The notes under the pieces are model-generated. The model did no database searches, had not been told where the DNA came from, and was given only the letters and a program-made list of their open reading frames with translations. Made by a program: the position numbers and the translations under genes. 64,000 nucleotides of DNA from assembly GCF_009914755.1 (NCBI RefSeq), contig NC_060929.1; one strand, given 5' to 3'. This document shows positions 24,086 through 41,764 of the stretch, piece by piece (position 1 is the stretch's first letter; the number at the start of each line of letters is the position of its first letter). The stretch is from the human T2T-CHM13v2.0 reference genome, Homo sapiens.

Positions 24086-24734
24086 CAGTGTACCCTATTC
24101 CTTTAAAAGCCAGGGTAAATTTAAAACCTATAATTGATAATTGAATGTCTTCTCCATGACACTCCATAACACTCCATTACCACCTTGTTGTCAGTGTAAA
24201 CAAGGGCGTAGCCCAAAAACACTGAGGCACTGACAACCCATAGCCTTCCTATCAAAAATCCTTAACCCAGCAGGTTTCCTAACAGGGGATCTAAATCTTA
24301 GTTAATTACTATACAAAGGTCCGACCAGACTTAGGAAGAACTCCCTTCAGGACAGGAAGATAGATGGTTCCTCTCAGGCAATTAAGGGAAAAAGACACAA
24401 TGGGTATTCAGTAAGTGATAAGGAAACTCTTGTAAAAGCAGAGTTAGGAAAATTGCCTAATAATTGATCTGCTCAAACACGCAAGCTGTTTGCCCTCAGC
24501 TAAACCTTAAAGTACTTACAGAATCAGGAAGGAGCCATCTATACCAATTTTAAGTTAATATGGACTGAATGAGGTCTTATTAATAGCAAAGAATAATTGA
24601 TATCCCAAACTTACAAGGTTTTCAACAGAAGTAAAGTTTGCTAAAAGTTAACAGTATAAAATGTGTTATCCTAACTTCAAAGCTTGTGGAAATCAGACCC
24701 TATCAGTACCCCTCAAAGCTCAAGTCAGTTAGCA

Positions 24735-25290
24735 CAGAGCCATACAACTAATACCCCTACTTAAAGGGTTAGGAATGGCCACTGCTACAGGAACTAGAAT
24801 AGCCAGTTTATCTACTTCACTATCCTACTACCACACACTCTCAAAAGATTTCTGACAGTTTACAAGAAATAACAAAATCTATCCTTACTCTACAATCCCA
24901 AATAGACTCTTTGGCAGCAGTAACTCTCCAAAACCGCCAAGGCCTAGACCTCCTCACTGCTGAGAAAGGAGGACTGTGCACCTTCTTAGGGGAAGAGTGT
25001 TGCTTTTACACTAACCAGTCAGGGATAGTATGAGACACTGCCTGGCATTTACAGGAAAAGGCTTCTGAATCAGACAACACCTTTCAAACTCTTATACCAA
25101 CCTCTGGAGTTGGGCAACATGGCTTCTCCCCTTTCTAGGTCCCGTGACAGCCATCTTGCTATTACTCACCTTCGGGCCCTGTATTTTTAACCTGCTTGTC
25201 AAATTTGTTTCCTCCAGGATGGAGGCCATCAAGCTACAGATGGTCTTACAAATGGAACCCCAAATGAGCTCAACTCAAAACTTCTACTGA
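24735..25290 (+). pseudogene. Degenerate HERV9 env TM subunit
   Basis: Fusion-peptide-like AIQLIPLL, immunosuppressive domain LQNRQGLDLLTAEKGGL (24926-24976) and CX6CC CTFLGEECC (24977-25003). Premature TGA at 25031 and frameshifts. Confidence 0.92.
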
Positions 25291-25443
25291 GGACCCCTGG
25301 ATCTTTGACTGGCCTAGAGAGTTCCCCTCTGGAGGACACTACCACTGCAGGGCCCCTTCTTCGCCCCTATCCAGCAGAAGTAGCTAGAGTGGTCATTGCC
25401 CAATTCCCAACAGTAGTTGGGGTGTCATGTTTAGAGGGGGGAT

Positions 25444-25824
25444 TGAGAGGTGAAGCCAGCTGGACTTCTGGGTCAGGAGGGGGACTTGAAGAACTTTTCT
25501 GTAGCTAGCTAGAGGTTTGTAAAATGGACCAATCAGCACCCTGTAAAATGGACCAATCAGTGCTCTGTAAAATGGACCAATCAGCAGGACATGGATGGGG
25601 ACAAATAAGGGAATAAAAGCTGGCCGCCCCAGTCAGCAGCGGCAACCTGCTTGGGTCCCCTTTCACGCTGTGGAAGCTTTGTTCTTTGGCTCTTCACAAT
25701 AAATCTGCTCACTCTGGATCTGTGCAACCTTTAAGAGCTGTAACGCTCACCGCAAAGGTCCGCACCTTCATTCTTGAAGTCAGCGAGACCAAGAACCCAC
25801 TGGAAGGAACCAACTCTGGATGCA
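25444..25824 (+). mobile_element. 3' LTR (short LTR12 family), 381 bp
   Basis: Direct repeat of 20622-21010, preceded by the polypurine tract; intact AATAAA at 25698-25703. Confidence 0.9.
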
Positions 25825-25889
25825 GGACTGCAGACACATGCCACCATGCCTGGCAAATTTTTTAATTTTTAGGAGAGATGAGGTCTTGA

Positions 25890-26123
<234 letters not shown>

Positions 26124-26805
26124 TGAGTAAAAGTTTACTGCATTGGATTGGGCTTTAATCTATCTGCAATAAAGGTTTTATATATAATACAGCACCGAGG
26201 AGTGATAAAATTATTTATGTGAATTAAGTCTTAGTTTCCTCTCCTCAAGGAGTGTCATAAATTTCTAATTTAGTTTCTAAAAAAAACTTAACATTAATCC
26301 TTTAAAGCTGGGCACTTTCGTGCAGTAGAATTAGATCCTTTCTGGAACAAGGTGGAGTATAAAGAAATGTTGCCTTACTCTAATGTTGCTCTTGGTTGTT
26401 TGTTTTATGCGTCAAGAGCCCTTAAAAGGTTCCTCATCGCTAAGATAGACTAATACTAGAAACTCTTTGAAAATTAAACCGTTCTTTGAATTCTTCATTA
26501 TTGCTGAAAGTATCTCTTAAAAGACCCATACCCAGGTAAAAACTTTCCAATCTAAAAAAGAAAAATGTCCTACTTTGATCTCAACCATTACTGAATTTGT
26601 ATCCCATGCTATTTTGCTAAATCCAATTTAACTGTTCCAGAAATAATGCTTAGGTTTGGTAAAAGTTGCAGTTCTTAAAGGTAGTGGAGAAACTCAGAGC
26701 TTGACATAATCAAACAAGGTGACTGAAACATTTCTTCTTATTCCTCCTTCTAACATTCCTTCCAGTTGCCCCTGCGCAGAGTGGTTTGTGGATGGTTTGC
26801 CTTAA

Positions 26806-28766
<1,961 letters not shown>

Positions 28767-30557
28767 TTACTTAGAGAAGGGGGAAAATTAGAGCCCTCTA
28801 TTGGCTTAAGTGGCTCTGGAGGATTAGGACATCAAGCTCTTCCAGGAACTAGGCTCTACTTAACATTCATCGGAAATATTCTTAGAGGGAGAGGTCACAA
28901 CAGTATATTGTCCTAAAGATATAGTCATTTTAGGTTTCAGTTAACATAATGTAATGCCTTTCTTTAGGATCAGAACACTTTGCGGGGCTCCTTGGGGCCT
29001 GATGTGAGGCACAGGGGCAAAGTCACTTGAGAAGTTTGACCCGGCGAAAGATGGAACCCAGCTTCTTCCTGACCTTGGGGCCAGTGCTACCAAGCAATAA
29101 TATTTCCCAGCAAAATTCAATTAAACAAAATCCCAGAGTTGTTTTCCTTCAAATTATCTTTGATTTAATTTCTTCTTTTATATAAAAGACAACAAATTAC
29201 ATTTCAGAGAACAATGTTTAGGTTATAAGGTTCCCGTCAGAGCTGTTTCACAACACGTGTTTACATAATCTGAAGTGAAGGCAGCAGTGGACTGTAAAAC
29301 CGGCCAGCCAGGCCAGTTTGTGTGCATCTAGGGGATTAATTTCACTTTGGGTCACAAACTAATGTAACATTCTACTGTTTAGGTGTCAACTAGATTTGGA
29401 TTTGGTTTTGGATATTCTAATGGGGATGAAATTGAGTTTAGAAAAAACAAAAACCACCACCACCAGATTCTAAAAAGCAATTAGGTCAGTGCTTTGTAAA
29501 GAAAACATACAACATCAATATTTTCTGCTCTTATCAATGAGTTCAAACATTTGACACTTTGAATACTGATATTTAAATAAGTCAAATCTTTGGTGAGAAA
29601 AACTTATGCATTTTTCTGTTTGTACCACCCAATGTGTTACTAATTATTTGCCCTATTAATCCATTGTGCTTTGCTGTCCAAGATTAACAGAATAATGCAA
29701 TGTGTTCAAAATGCAAAGAGAATAAATAGCATACAGAAGCATTAAACAAGTCGCAGAAAACTTATCTTAGAGGAAATTTACCAAACTAAAAGCGAATACA
29801 TTTAACCTATATGATTGCATTTGCTGGTGAAGGTACCAAATATTAAATTTTGGACAGTTATGAGGAGGAACCTGAAAATGGGTCGTTGCTGCTTGACCTC
29901 TCGGCTTCTTTTATCAACCCTCCTCAAGGCTCCCAACTGAAAGGGATCTGTTTCTCTAATAGTCCTCAGTATAAATTGCCTTGCATCATAGTTAATTATA
30001 TACACAGTTCCTTTACTAGATTAAAAGTTCATTTCAGATATGAATGATGTCTTATACATCTTTATCTCCTCCAAAGCACTGGACAGAAAAGTCTTTTACT
30101 TCTATAGTTAGTAGCTGCATTGCATTTGCAAAATATACTTAATATAAATAAAGTATTTCCCTTTAATATAGTCCCCTTTTATGAATAAATTTATTCCTTA
30201 CATCAAAGCATTTTTTGGGTGTGATAATAAAATTGATTTTGGATGATCACCCACAGGTGTCAAACTTAATTTTCTTTGTCCTTTCTGGCTATTAGCATAC
30301 CACATATTCATATATAGACTTTCTAAGGAAGACCCCTCTAAATAATCCATATTTTACTTAATAATATCCTCAGTTGTATGTTAAGCTAAATTCAAGAGTT
30401 AAGCATGAGAGCAAAAAGTGAAAGAAATTCAATTAGAAAATTCAAAGAGATGACAGCAGACAAAGAAGGTCTAAAATTAGTTGAGATATGAATGACTTCA
30501 TATCTCATCATTCTAATGTGTGGGCCAGGATATACACACTTACAAAGAGTTCTCTGA

Positions 30558-31672
<1,115 letters not shown>

Positions 31673-32784
31673 TTAGTTCATTAAATGGACAAAAATATAT
31701 TAAATCATTTTTTCCATGTGTTAAAACATTCAAGTACATTATTGAAAAGTGGCAATGAAACTCTGTCTCCACCTCTCAAAGAACTGGGATGACAGGCATG
31801 AGCCACAGTGCCCAGCCCTGTTTCTGAAGTTTTTACAGAGAAGGAAGGTGACTGGGGATAAACTGGGATTAAGCCTAGATCGCTCCCAGTGCTGTCTGGC
31901 TTTTGAATCCTATGTCTCTTAACTGAATAAGATTCTGAAGTCATAAAGATTCAGGGGCTCTCAAGCACAGAGAAGCACTTTCTCCATTCATTATACTCCT
32001 TTTCTAAGAGAAATTAACACAGTGATCTGACACCTACTGCAGAATTTTCCAATTAACCGAACTCCTACTACCAGCAATTTATGTGAACAAAAACTTTTGA
32101 GACTATTTCCATCAATGTAACTATGTTCAAAAGGCTATTACTAATAGCTGTAAATTAAGGTTTGTAGTGATGAAATAACATCTGAGATTGACAATATTTC
32201 AGTGGAAAAGAAAAAAAAAGATAGGTGAAGCAAATACAGCCAAGTTTTATAATTATTAATCTAGGGGATAGGCATTGTGAGGTTCACCGTATTACTCCAT
32301 GTTACTTTTGTGTGGGCTTGAGATTTTCATAATGAGACTTTTTATTAAAACAAACGAGCTTTAGGAAATACAGTTCATCATTAATATAGGTCTATGGCTT
32401 TATGAATAGGACAGAAAGCTTTGCTGAAAGAAATTAAGGCTGATCTTGAATCTGGGCTCCTTACTAGGTTTGCAAAAACCATTTTTCTTTTTCAAAGGAA
32501 GGAAATAACACAAATCCATACACTATCTGAGAGGTGAACATACAATAGATTTTTAAACTTTAGCTTAAAATTAGAGAAATCTATTTTTTTCAGAAAAAAA
32601 AAATCACCATGTTGTATCCTGACCTGGACACAGAGGCTGTATTACTTGGAAAACGTGAATGTGGATACTAGTTTAGCTTTTAGTTCAGAAGAAATAAGGG
32701 AAGAGCGTCGATTCCAAGGATCCAGATTCCTTAATCTTTTTCTCAGATTTAAGGAGTTTTTCTCACAGGGTTTTAACTCTGTAC

Positions 32785-33338
32785 TGTCAGAGGCATGTGA
32801 ACCAGAGCAACTCCTGTCTTGAATAGCAGCTGGGTAAAATGAGGCTGAGACCTGCCAGGCTGCATTCTCAGATGGTTAAGGCATTCTAGGTCACAGGATA
32901 AGACAGGAGGTCGGCACAAGATTCAGGTCATAAAGATCTTGCTGATAAAACAGGTTGCAGTAAAGAAGCCGACTAAAACCCACCAAAACCAAGATGGCAA
33001 TGAGAGTGACCTCTGGTCTTCTCACTGCTACACCCCCACCAGCGCCATGACAGTTTACAAATGCCATGGCAATGTCAGGACGTTAGCCTATATGGTCTGA
33101 AAGGGGCAGGCATGAATAATCCACCCCTTGATTAGCATATCACCAAGAAATAACCATAAAAATGGGCAGCCAGCAGCCCTCGGGGCTGCTTTGTCTATGG
33201 AGTAGCCATTCTTTTATTCCTTTACTTTCCTAATAAACTTGCTTTCACTTTACTCTGTGGACCTGCCTGGAATTCTTTCTTGCGCAAGATCCAAGAACCT
33301 TCTCTCACGGTCTGGATCAGGACCCCTTTCCTGTAACA
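32785..33338 (+). mobile_element. MER41A solo LTR, 554 bp
   Basis: Runs tgtcagaggcatgtgaaccagagcaac...gacccctttcctgtaaca with a 4-bp TSD GTAC (32781-32784, 33339-33342). It lacks the tandem TTCCGGGAA GAS block of MER41B. Confidence 0.9.
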
Positions 33339-33735
33339 GTACTGCCAGTTACAGAAGTAAGCAGATGGAGGTCTCTTTCTGAAGGTCATACCTCAAACAA
33401 AATCAATCCTTTTTTGTGGTGCAGAAACCAGTCCACCCCCAGAGGACACAAAATATGCTGGGCTGAGGCCTCTTCCTCCCTGGCCCCTTCTCTGTTCGCC
33501 GTCTCCCCTATGGGCCTCTCAGGCTCCTCTCTGCCATGCTTTCCCCACTGGGTCCATCATGACAGCCTACGCTGGGATCTCAGGGATCCAAAAAGCAAAA
33601 GCACCCCCTGGGTCTATGGGGACAATCATTCTTGTTCTTATGCAAAGTCTGGCTTGGGGAACTGTAATTTCGATCTAAGTCACTGGTACTGGATTAGAAA
33701 TAAAAGAGGAGTTAGACAGCAACAAACTCTCCTAC

Positions 33736-33745
33736 TTTATTTATT
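33736..33745 (-). terminator. Overlapping AATAAA polyadenylation signals (AATAAATAAA)
   Basis: Plus-strand tttatttatt. A UGUA element lies just upstream in the transcript and GU-rich agagtttgttgctgtc follows. Confidence 0.75.
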
Positions 33746-33839
33746 TTGTATACATTTCATGATCCTGGGGATTACATTGACATTACTTTTGTCTCTACTT
33801 TTTCTTCAAATAGAGATTAAGACTCAGTTAAAAATGTAC

Positions 33840-33845
33840 TTTATT
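33840..33845 (-). terminator. Proximal AATAAA, possible alternative poly(A) signal
   Basis: Plus-strand tttatt, about 100 nt before the distal signal in the transcript. Confidence 0.45.
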
Positions 33846-34360
33846 AACACTGATGCCATGAAAACTTCTTTTTAAAAATGAGGTATTTGGCTTACTGTCC
33901 CAAACAGTAGAGGTTTGGGCAAACTGCAGAAATGGTCTAGTAAGTAAGAAAATGAAAGTGAATACACTGAAACATAAAACAGAAGCAGGATTTGACAATA
34001 TGCTGCTCTGACACCCTGAGAATCTTTACTGCAGGCAAAATAAATCCACCACCTTTTATCTCTAAAAGCAAAACCCAGCATGATTTCTTCCTAGGGCATA
34101 CATTTCTATTCAGAAAAGACCACAGAATAAAGAGGTGAGTTAATATGAGAAAGGTAAAGACACTAAGATCATTCTTTTTGCCCCTTTCCCCACCCCAATA
34201 AAAAAATACTCATTAAGGGGCCACTATTTCCCTTGCTTTCAAATTATCTTAGAAAATATTTAGAATTACACAACAGCAGCATTTACAAGTGAATTTATAT
34301 AGAACTGTTGTCAAGGCTCAAAATATCATGAGAGCTCTTGAAAAAAACAGTTGAGGTATT

Positions 34361-34526
34361 TCACATAAAAAACTGAACAATCAGGTTAGCCACGCCCAAA
34401 ATGATGATGAAAACGTGGAAGATTAATTTAGGCCATGTCAGACGCTCTTCTTGGTGGAGGGAAATTATATAGATGAGAGATGGGTATATGAATACAAAGG
34501 CCAGTCCACATGCTGCTCCTGAATAT
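34361..34526 (-). CDS. SLC38A9: SLC38A9 last coding exon, coding part 166 nt: (R)[54 protein letters not shown]
   Basis: Acceptor ttttattttgcag; TGA stop at 34361-34363. The C-terminus matches SLC38A9. Confidence 0.97.
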
Positions 34527-35753
34527 CTGCAAAATAAAAGCTTTTGGGGTTAATATTCATCTTGCACTTTGCTTTTTACAATTAAGGTAAACATAGTACA
34601 ATTTAAATCCTCCTCAGTCTGATAGCTCAACAAAAATTATTTTTGATTCATTTGTTGTTGACATAAAACATCTGGGTTTAAAACTTACTTTACTTGCTAA
34701 GTTAATATAAAATATGATTTCCTGCTCATCTTTATAGCATCTGCTTAACAAAGACTTTTTATTCATCCCTCAAATCTCTGTAGTTCCTCTGTATTTGGTG
34801 ATTGTGGCTACTTCCTCAGAAACATCTGGAGCTAGGCCTCCTATCTTTGATCTTTTATAAACTAATTACTCATTCTCAGTTTTTGAGGGACCGTTAGCAT
34901 CCCGGTTTAAGTATAAGAACAGATAAATGCTACCATGGCATTCAGCATGATTACGAAAGATAATAACAAAAATACTTAAACATGAGACTGTGACAGAGAA
35001 ATATGCACTTTCTTCTCCTTTTCTCTATACTTGGGTTTTCTTGAGGAACAGTTCAATAGGAACTGGTAAGCCCTTTATATTCAATAAGCATCAGGCTAAC
35101 AATCTCCCCTTCTTGTTCCTTGTTACTTTCTTAGGTAAGAGTGTTCCAAAAAAAATGACTCCTTCCTGCTGTCCATAGTAAGAGAAATCAGATCATTCTA
35201 AATCCCAATTTCCCATGAGAATTTGAGGTACAACTTTATTCCTACTCTATTCATCCTGTCACGTTTTTAGGAAAAGGATATTAAAGCCATCTAGGGTCTA
35301 AATTCTTACTTAAACTCTTACTTTTTGACTACAATTGACATTGAAAAATACTTTTGAGTAGAAATGGATTAAGGAACTTAGAATGGATTAAGGAAGCTCT
35401 GACAAATAAAGGACCTCCCAGGTAATCCCAAAAAGTTATACATATATTAAAAATAACTTTTTATTTTGGATATAGAGAGGAAATAAAGTGGAAGATGATG
35501 AGAGAAAGAAAAAGAAAATGATGCCTGAGGCTAAGGGATAATGGAGCTTCTAGAGTGAGTTCTCCACCAGAACAAACAGAAAGGGAAGATAATGAGCATC
35601 TTAACTGATACCAAGGGGCTGCATTTGAATATTACTAGTTTTAAATACTCATAGGAATTTCATACAATTAAATTAAAACAACAACAACAACAGGAAAAGC
35701 CTGAAAATAAAGACCAATATATGTAAGGGCACCATTCCCTTACAAGGCAGTAC

Positions 35754-35843
35754 CTTATGATCCCTCCTATGTTTGGGTAGAAACAGGCCATGATCACTCC
35801 AGCTCCCACAATAATTAGATTAAGAATCAGCACATGGAAAATG
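35754..35843 (-). CDS. SLC38A9: SLC38A9 penultimate coding exon, 90 nt: (S)[29 protein letters not shown](R)
   Basis: Acceptor ctctcttctcaacttctag, donor AAG|GTACTG. Phase 2-2; hydrophobic transmembrane segment. Confidence 0.96.
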
Positions 35844-37299
35844 CTAGAAGTTGAGAAGAGAGTTTGGAAGAAAGAAAAAATATAAAAATAGGCAAATTAT
35901 AACCACTAATATGAGACTACAGTTCATTCTTAACATCGTTAAAATCAAAATGTCTTAAGCTTGATAAAATCACAGCAAAAATAGAAGGTAACAGTAGTCC
36001 TCAATTGTGGTAACGAGAAAGTGAAATTAGCTCTTCTGTGCAATTATACTGGTTAAATTTTGTAGAAGTACACTGGTAGTGTGTATCAGAATTCACATTC
36101 TTTGATCTATTATTCCATTTGGAATATCTTGAGAAAATAATCCAAACAATGAAAATGCTATGAATATCAAGATATTTATGAAAAAACAGAAGAATCCTGG
36201 ACATAGCAAGACAATAATTTACTTGACAGAATATGTTAAAAATTATTTAAAATAACTTATCACCATTACCTTGTCAGGTAAAATACTATCTAGGCAATTC
36301 AGAAAAAAAGCCAGCTAGGTTTTCACTACACAAGAAAACCCCAAAAACATTTGGAAAAAAAAATCAGAAGGATATACACTGAGAAGGCAGTAGTGATTTT
36401 GTTACAATTTGGGGTTTTGGATAACATTGCCTCTTTCTATATTTAACAAACTTTTCATAAAGTGTTCAAATTACTTTTATATTAAACACATTATATTAAG
36501 GGAAAGACAAAATGGGCAGGTTTTTATCTTCCAGATTTAACCACTTAAAGAAAGTGGTCATACTTCATACTTTGACCATAAAGAAAGAACTTAAAGCTAC
36601 TCACTACCATGAAGAGAATATTTACTAAATACTTTAACTAGATATTAACAATTCAAGGTTTGGGAAACAATTTTGGACACAAACAAAAATAATGTAGATG
36701 AAAATTTGATGCTGAAGAAAGAACTCCATTTCCCCTGAAAATGATTCTCAAAAGCCAAATGTACACATCAAAGCAACCCTTTGGGCCCAAGTCATCAGAG
36801 GTTAATTAATCCCAGATAAAGATTACAGAGAATTAGAAACAAAGAAAATTATTTATATAAATAAGTGGTTAGTCATATACCCTGATGAATTAGAAAGATA
36901 TTAGGGCTTACAGATCTTACTGTTTACCCAGAAACTCTAACCTTAAAATTGCTTCAGAGCTTTGAGGTATTGGCTGGGCTTTTGTTATTTCTGCATTATA
37001 AACGGAAACAACTTTGTATACACAGAGGGAGGCAGTTGCATCCATCTGTATTCCTTTTCTAAAATTTTAATTAATTATTATTATTTTTTTAAGAGACAGG
37101 GTCTTGCTCTGTCATCCAGGCTGCAGTGCAGTGGGGCAATAATGGCTTACTGAAGGCTTGAACTTCTGGGCTCAAACCAACCTCCTGAATAGCTGGGACT
37201 ACAGGTGTGTGTCACCATGACCGGCTAACACCCATGCTTTCCATACTCTATTCTTTAATGCCAAACACTCTCCAAAGTATAAAAAAAGTCCTTGATAAA

Positions 37300-39130
<1,831 letters not shown>

Positions 39131-40017
39131 TGCTCCAAAGTATGCACACTCTATAAAGTGCTTATAACTGTCGGATAAATGAAAATGACAATGTGTTCTT
39201 GGTGGTAGGGGAAGAACTGTAATGTGAAAACAAAAGGGAAATCTCTGACTTTTTCCAAGAAGAAAAAACATTATTGTAAAGATAGCCACATTCTGCAAAA
39301 TAATGGTAGAAAACAGGAATAATGTATTTGCTTAGCATTTTTTCATCTATGACTTCACTGTATTTATTTTCTTTGATGAATATAAATACAGCAGAGTAGA
39401 AACACAATCAGAGGCTTACATTTATTGAGCTCCAATCTTCTGGATAATAACACTAGAACCATAGCTGCTGCTATACTTATCAGTGCTTGAGACCTGGTAA
39501 CTCCTGACTTTTGCTTTGTTTTGAAACCAACATATTTATGGCAAAAATTATTTATCGAAGAAGCAGACTACATCAGTTCATTTTAAACAAGAACTGATTA
39601 AGACCACTTGTTTAGTTGCTTACTGTAAATGCAATTTTTTTCAAATTTTATTTAAGTTATCTTTCTTTAAAAGAACATATGCCTAATAAAAGTGGACTAG
39701 GTTCTTTTCACTAAGATGAACCTATAAAAAGACTTAATGTAAGGGTAGGAGTTAACCAAAGGTCCACAAGAAGGCTGCTGGGAAACTCTGAAATGACATA
39801 TAGAAATTTCTCTTGAAAAAAAAAAAGAAATTTCTCTTGGATGAGGGTAACCAGCTTTGAAAAGATTTTCAAAAGAACTCACAACTCCTTCATCCCTAAT
39901 AAGAGGTTAACAATTATAGCAGTAATTTAAACTTGTTATATATCAAATAAAAATTAATTATATATCTGACCTTCAATTCTAAACAATTGATCATTTATGT
40001 AAAATTGCATAAATGTA

Positions 40018-41253
<1,236 letters not shown>

Positions 41254-41615
41254 GTTTCAATGACCAATAATTAAAAGTGTTGCTTCTCATTAGCTACACA
41301 TTGCCAACATAGGTACTATACACTATAAACTTCTTGACAATATGTAAATCAATAGCAATTAAATAATAAGATAAATATAAATGGTATCGGAGCTAATTAA
41401 CTATACTGGAAGGAATGAACTTTAAATCATTCTAGACAAGGGAGTGGCTTCTATTTTTAAAGCTCTTCAGGGAAGAGGACACCAATGATCTATCTTTAGT
41501 CACCACTTGCATTAGGCATTTTTATAGCAAAAGGATCAGTCACACTTTAAACTGACCTGCTTGCACAGTCATTTGTTGCTTGGCACATCCTGCTGGTCAA
41601 GAGAAGAGCCCTTAC

Positions 41616-41764
41616 CTAGGATAAATGTCACCGAAGATATGGCCCAAAAGCTGGACACGAGCCAGGTAGCCTAAGAGTGGGTATACAGTCATCATCTGGA
41701 ACAGCAGGAATATCCTTGCAATGAAGGACAGGGTGTCACTGCTAGGGAAGTTGTCTAAAAAATT
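41616..41764 (-). CDS. SLC38A9: SLC38A9 coding exon, 149 nt: [49 protein letters not shown](S), encoding the TM8 cholesterol-recognition CARC and CRAC motifs
   Basis: Acceptor ctttcttggattag, donor AG|GTAAGG. Numbering back from a 561-aa protein puts R444-F449-V454 (CARC) and L457-Y460-R463 (CRAC) here, as described for SLC38A9. This exon is not in the ORF track. Confidence 0.97.

Larger units (their letters stand above)
20622..25824 (+). mobile_element. Internally deleted HERV9-family (ERV1) provirus with two short LTR12-type LTRs
   Basis: TG...CA LTRs at 20622-21010 and 25444-25824; 4-bp TSD GGAC at 20618-20621 and 25825-25828; PBS; polypurine tract agaggggggat before 25444; RNase H and env TM remnants. 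gag, pro, RT and most of IN and SU are absent. Confidence 0.93.
33712..34360 (-). other. SLC38A9: SLC38A9 3'UTR (~650 nt; exact 3' end approximate)
   Basis: Unique AT-rich sequence between the stop codon and the AATAAA signals. The end is estimated at about 20-25 nt past the distal signal. Confidence 0.75.

Noticed and set aside
24735-25290. env with immunosuppressive domain and CX6CC as a possible syncytin-like co-opted gene
   Set aside because: SU and signal peptide are missing, and there are frameshifts plus a TGA at 25031; no long ORF.
29012-29025. aggggcaaagtca as an HNF4/PPAR DR1 element
   Set aside because: One base short of a proper DR1, and a single isolated motif is not enough support.
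33414-33875. 153-aa plus-strand ORF antisense to the SLC38A9 3'UTR
   Set aside because: Non-ATG start and no recognisable homology; likely chance.
35363-35395. Short direct repeat aatggattaaggaa x2 (and similarly cattcaataaatgtta x2 near 62678-62710)
   Set aside because: Ordinary small slippage duplications with no further structure.
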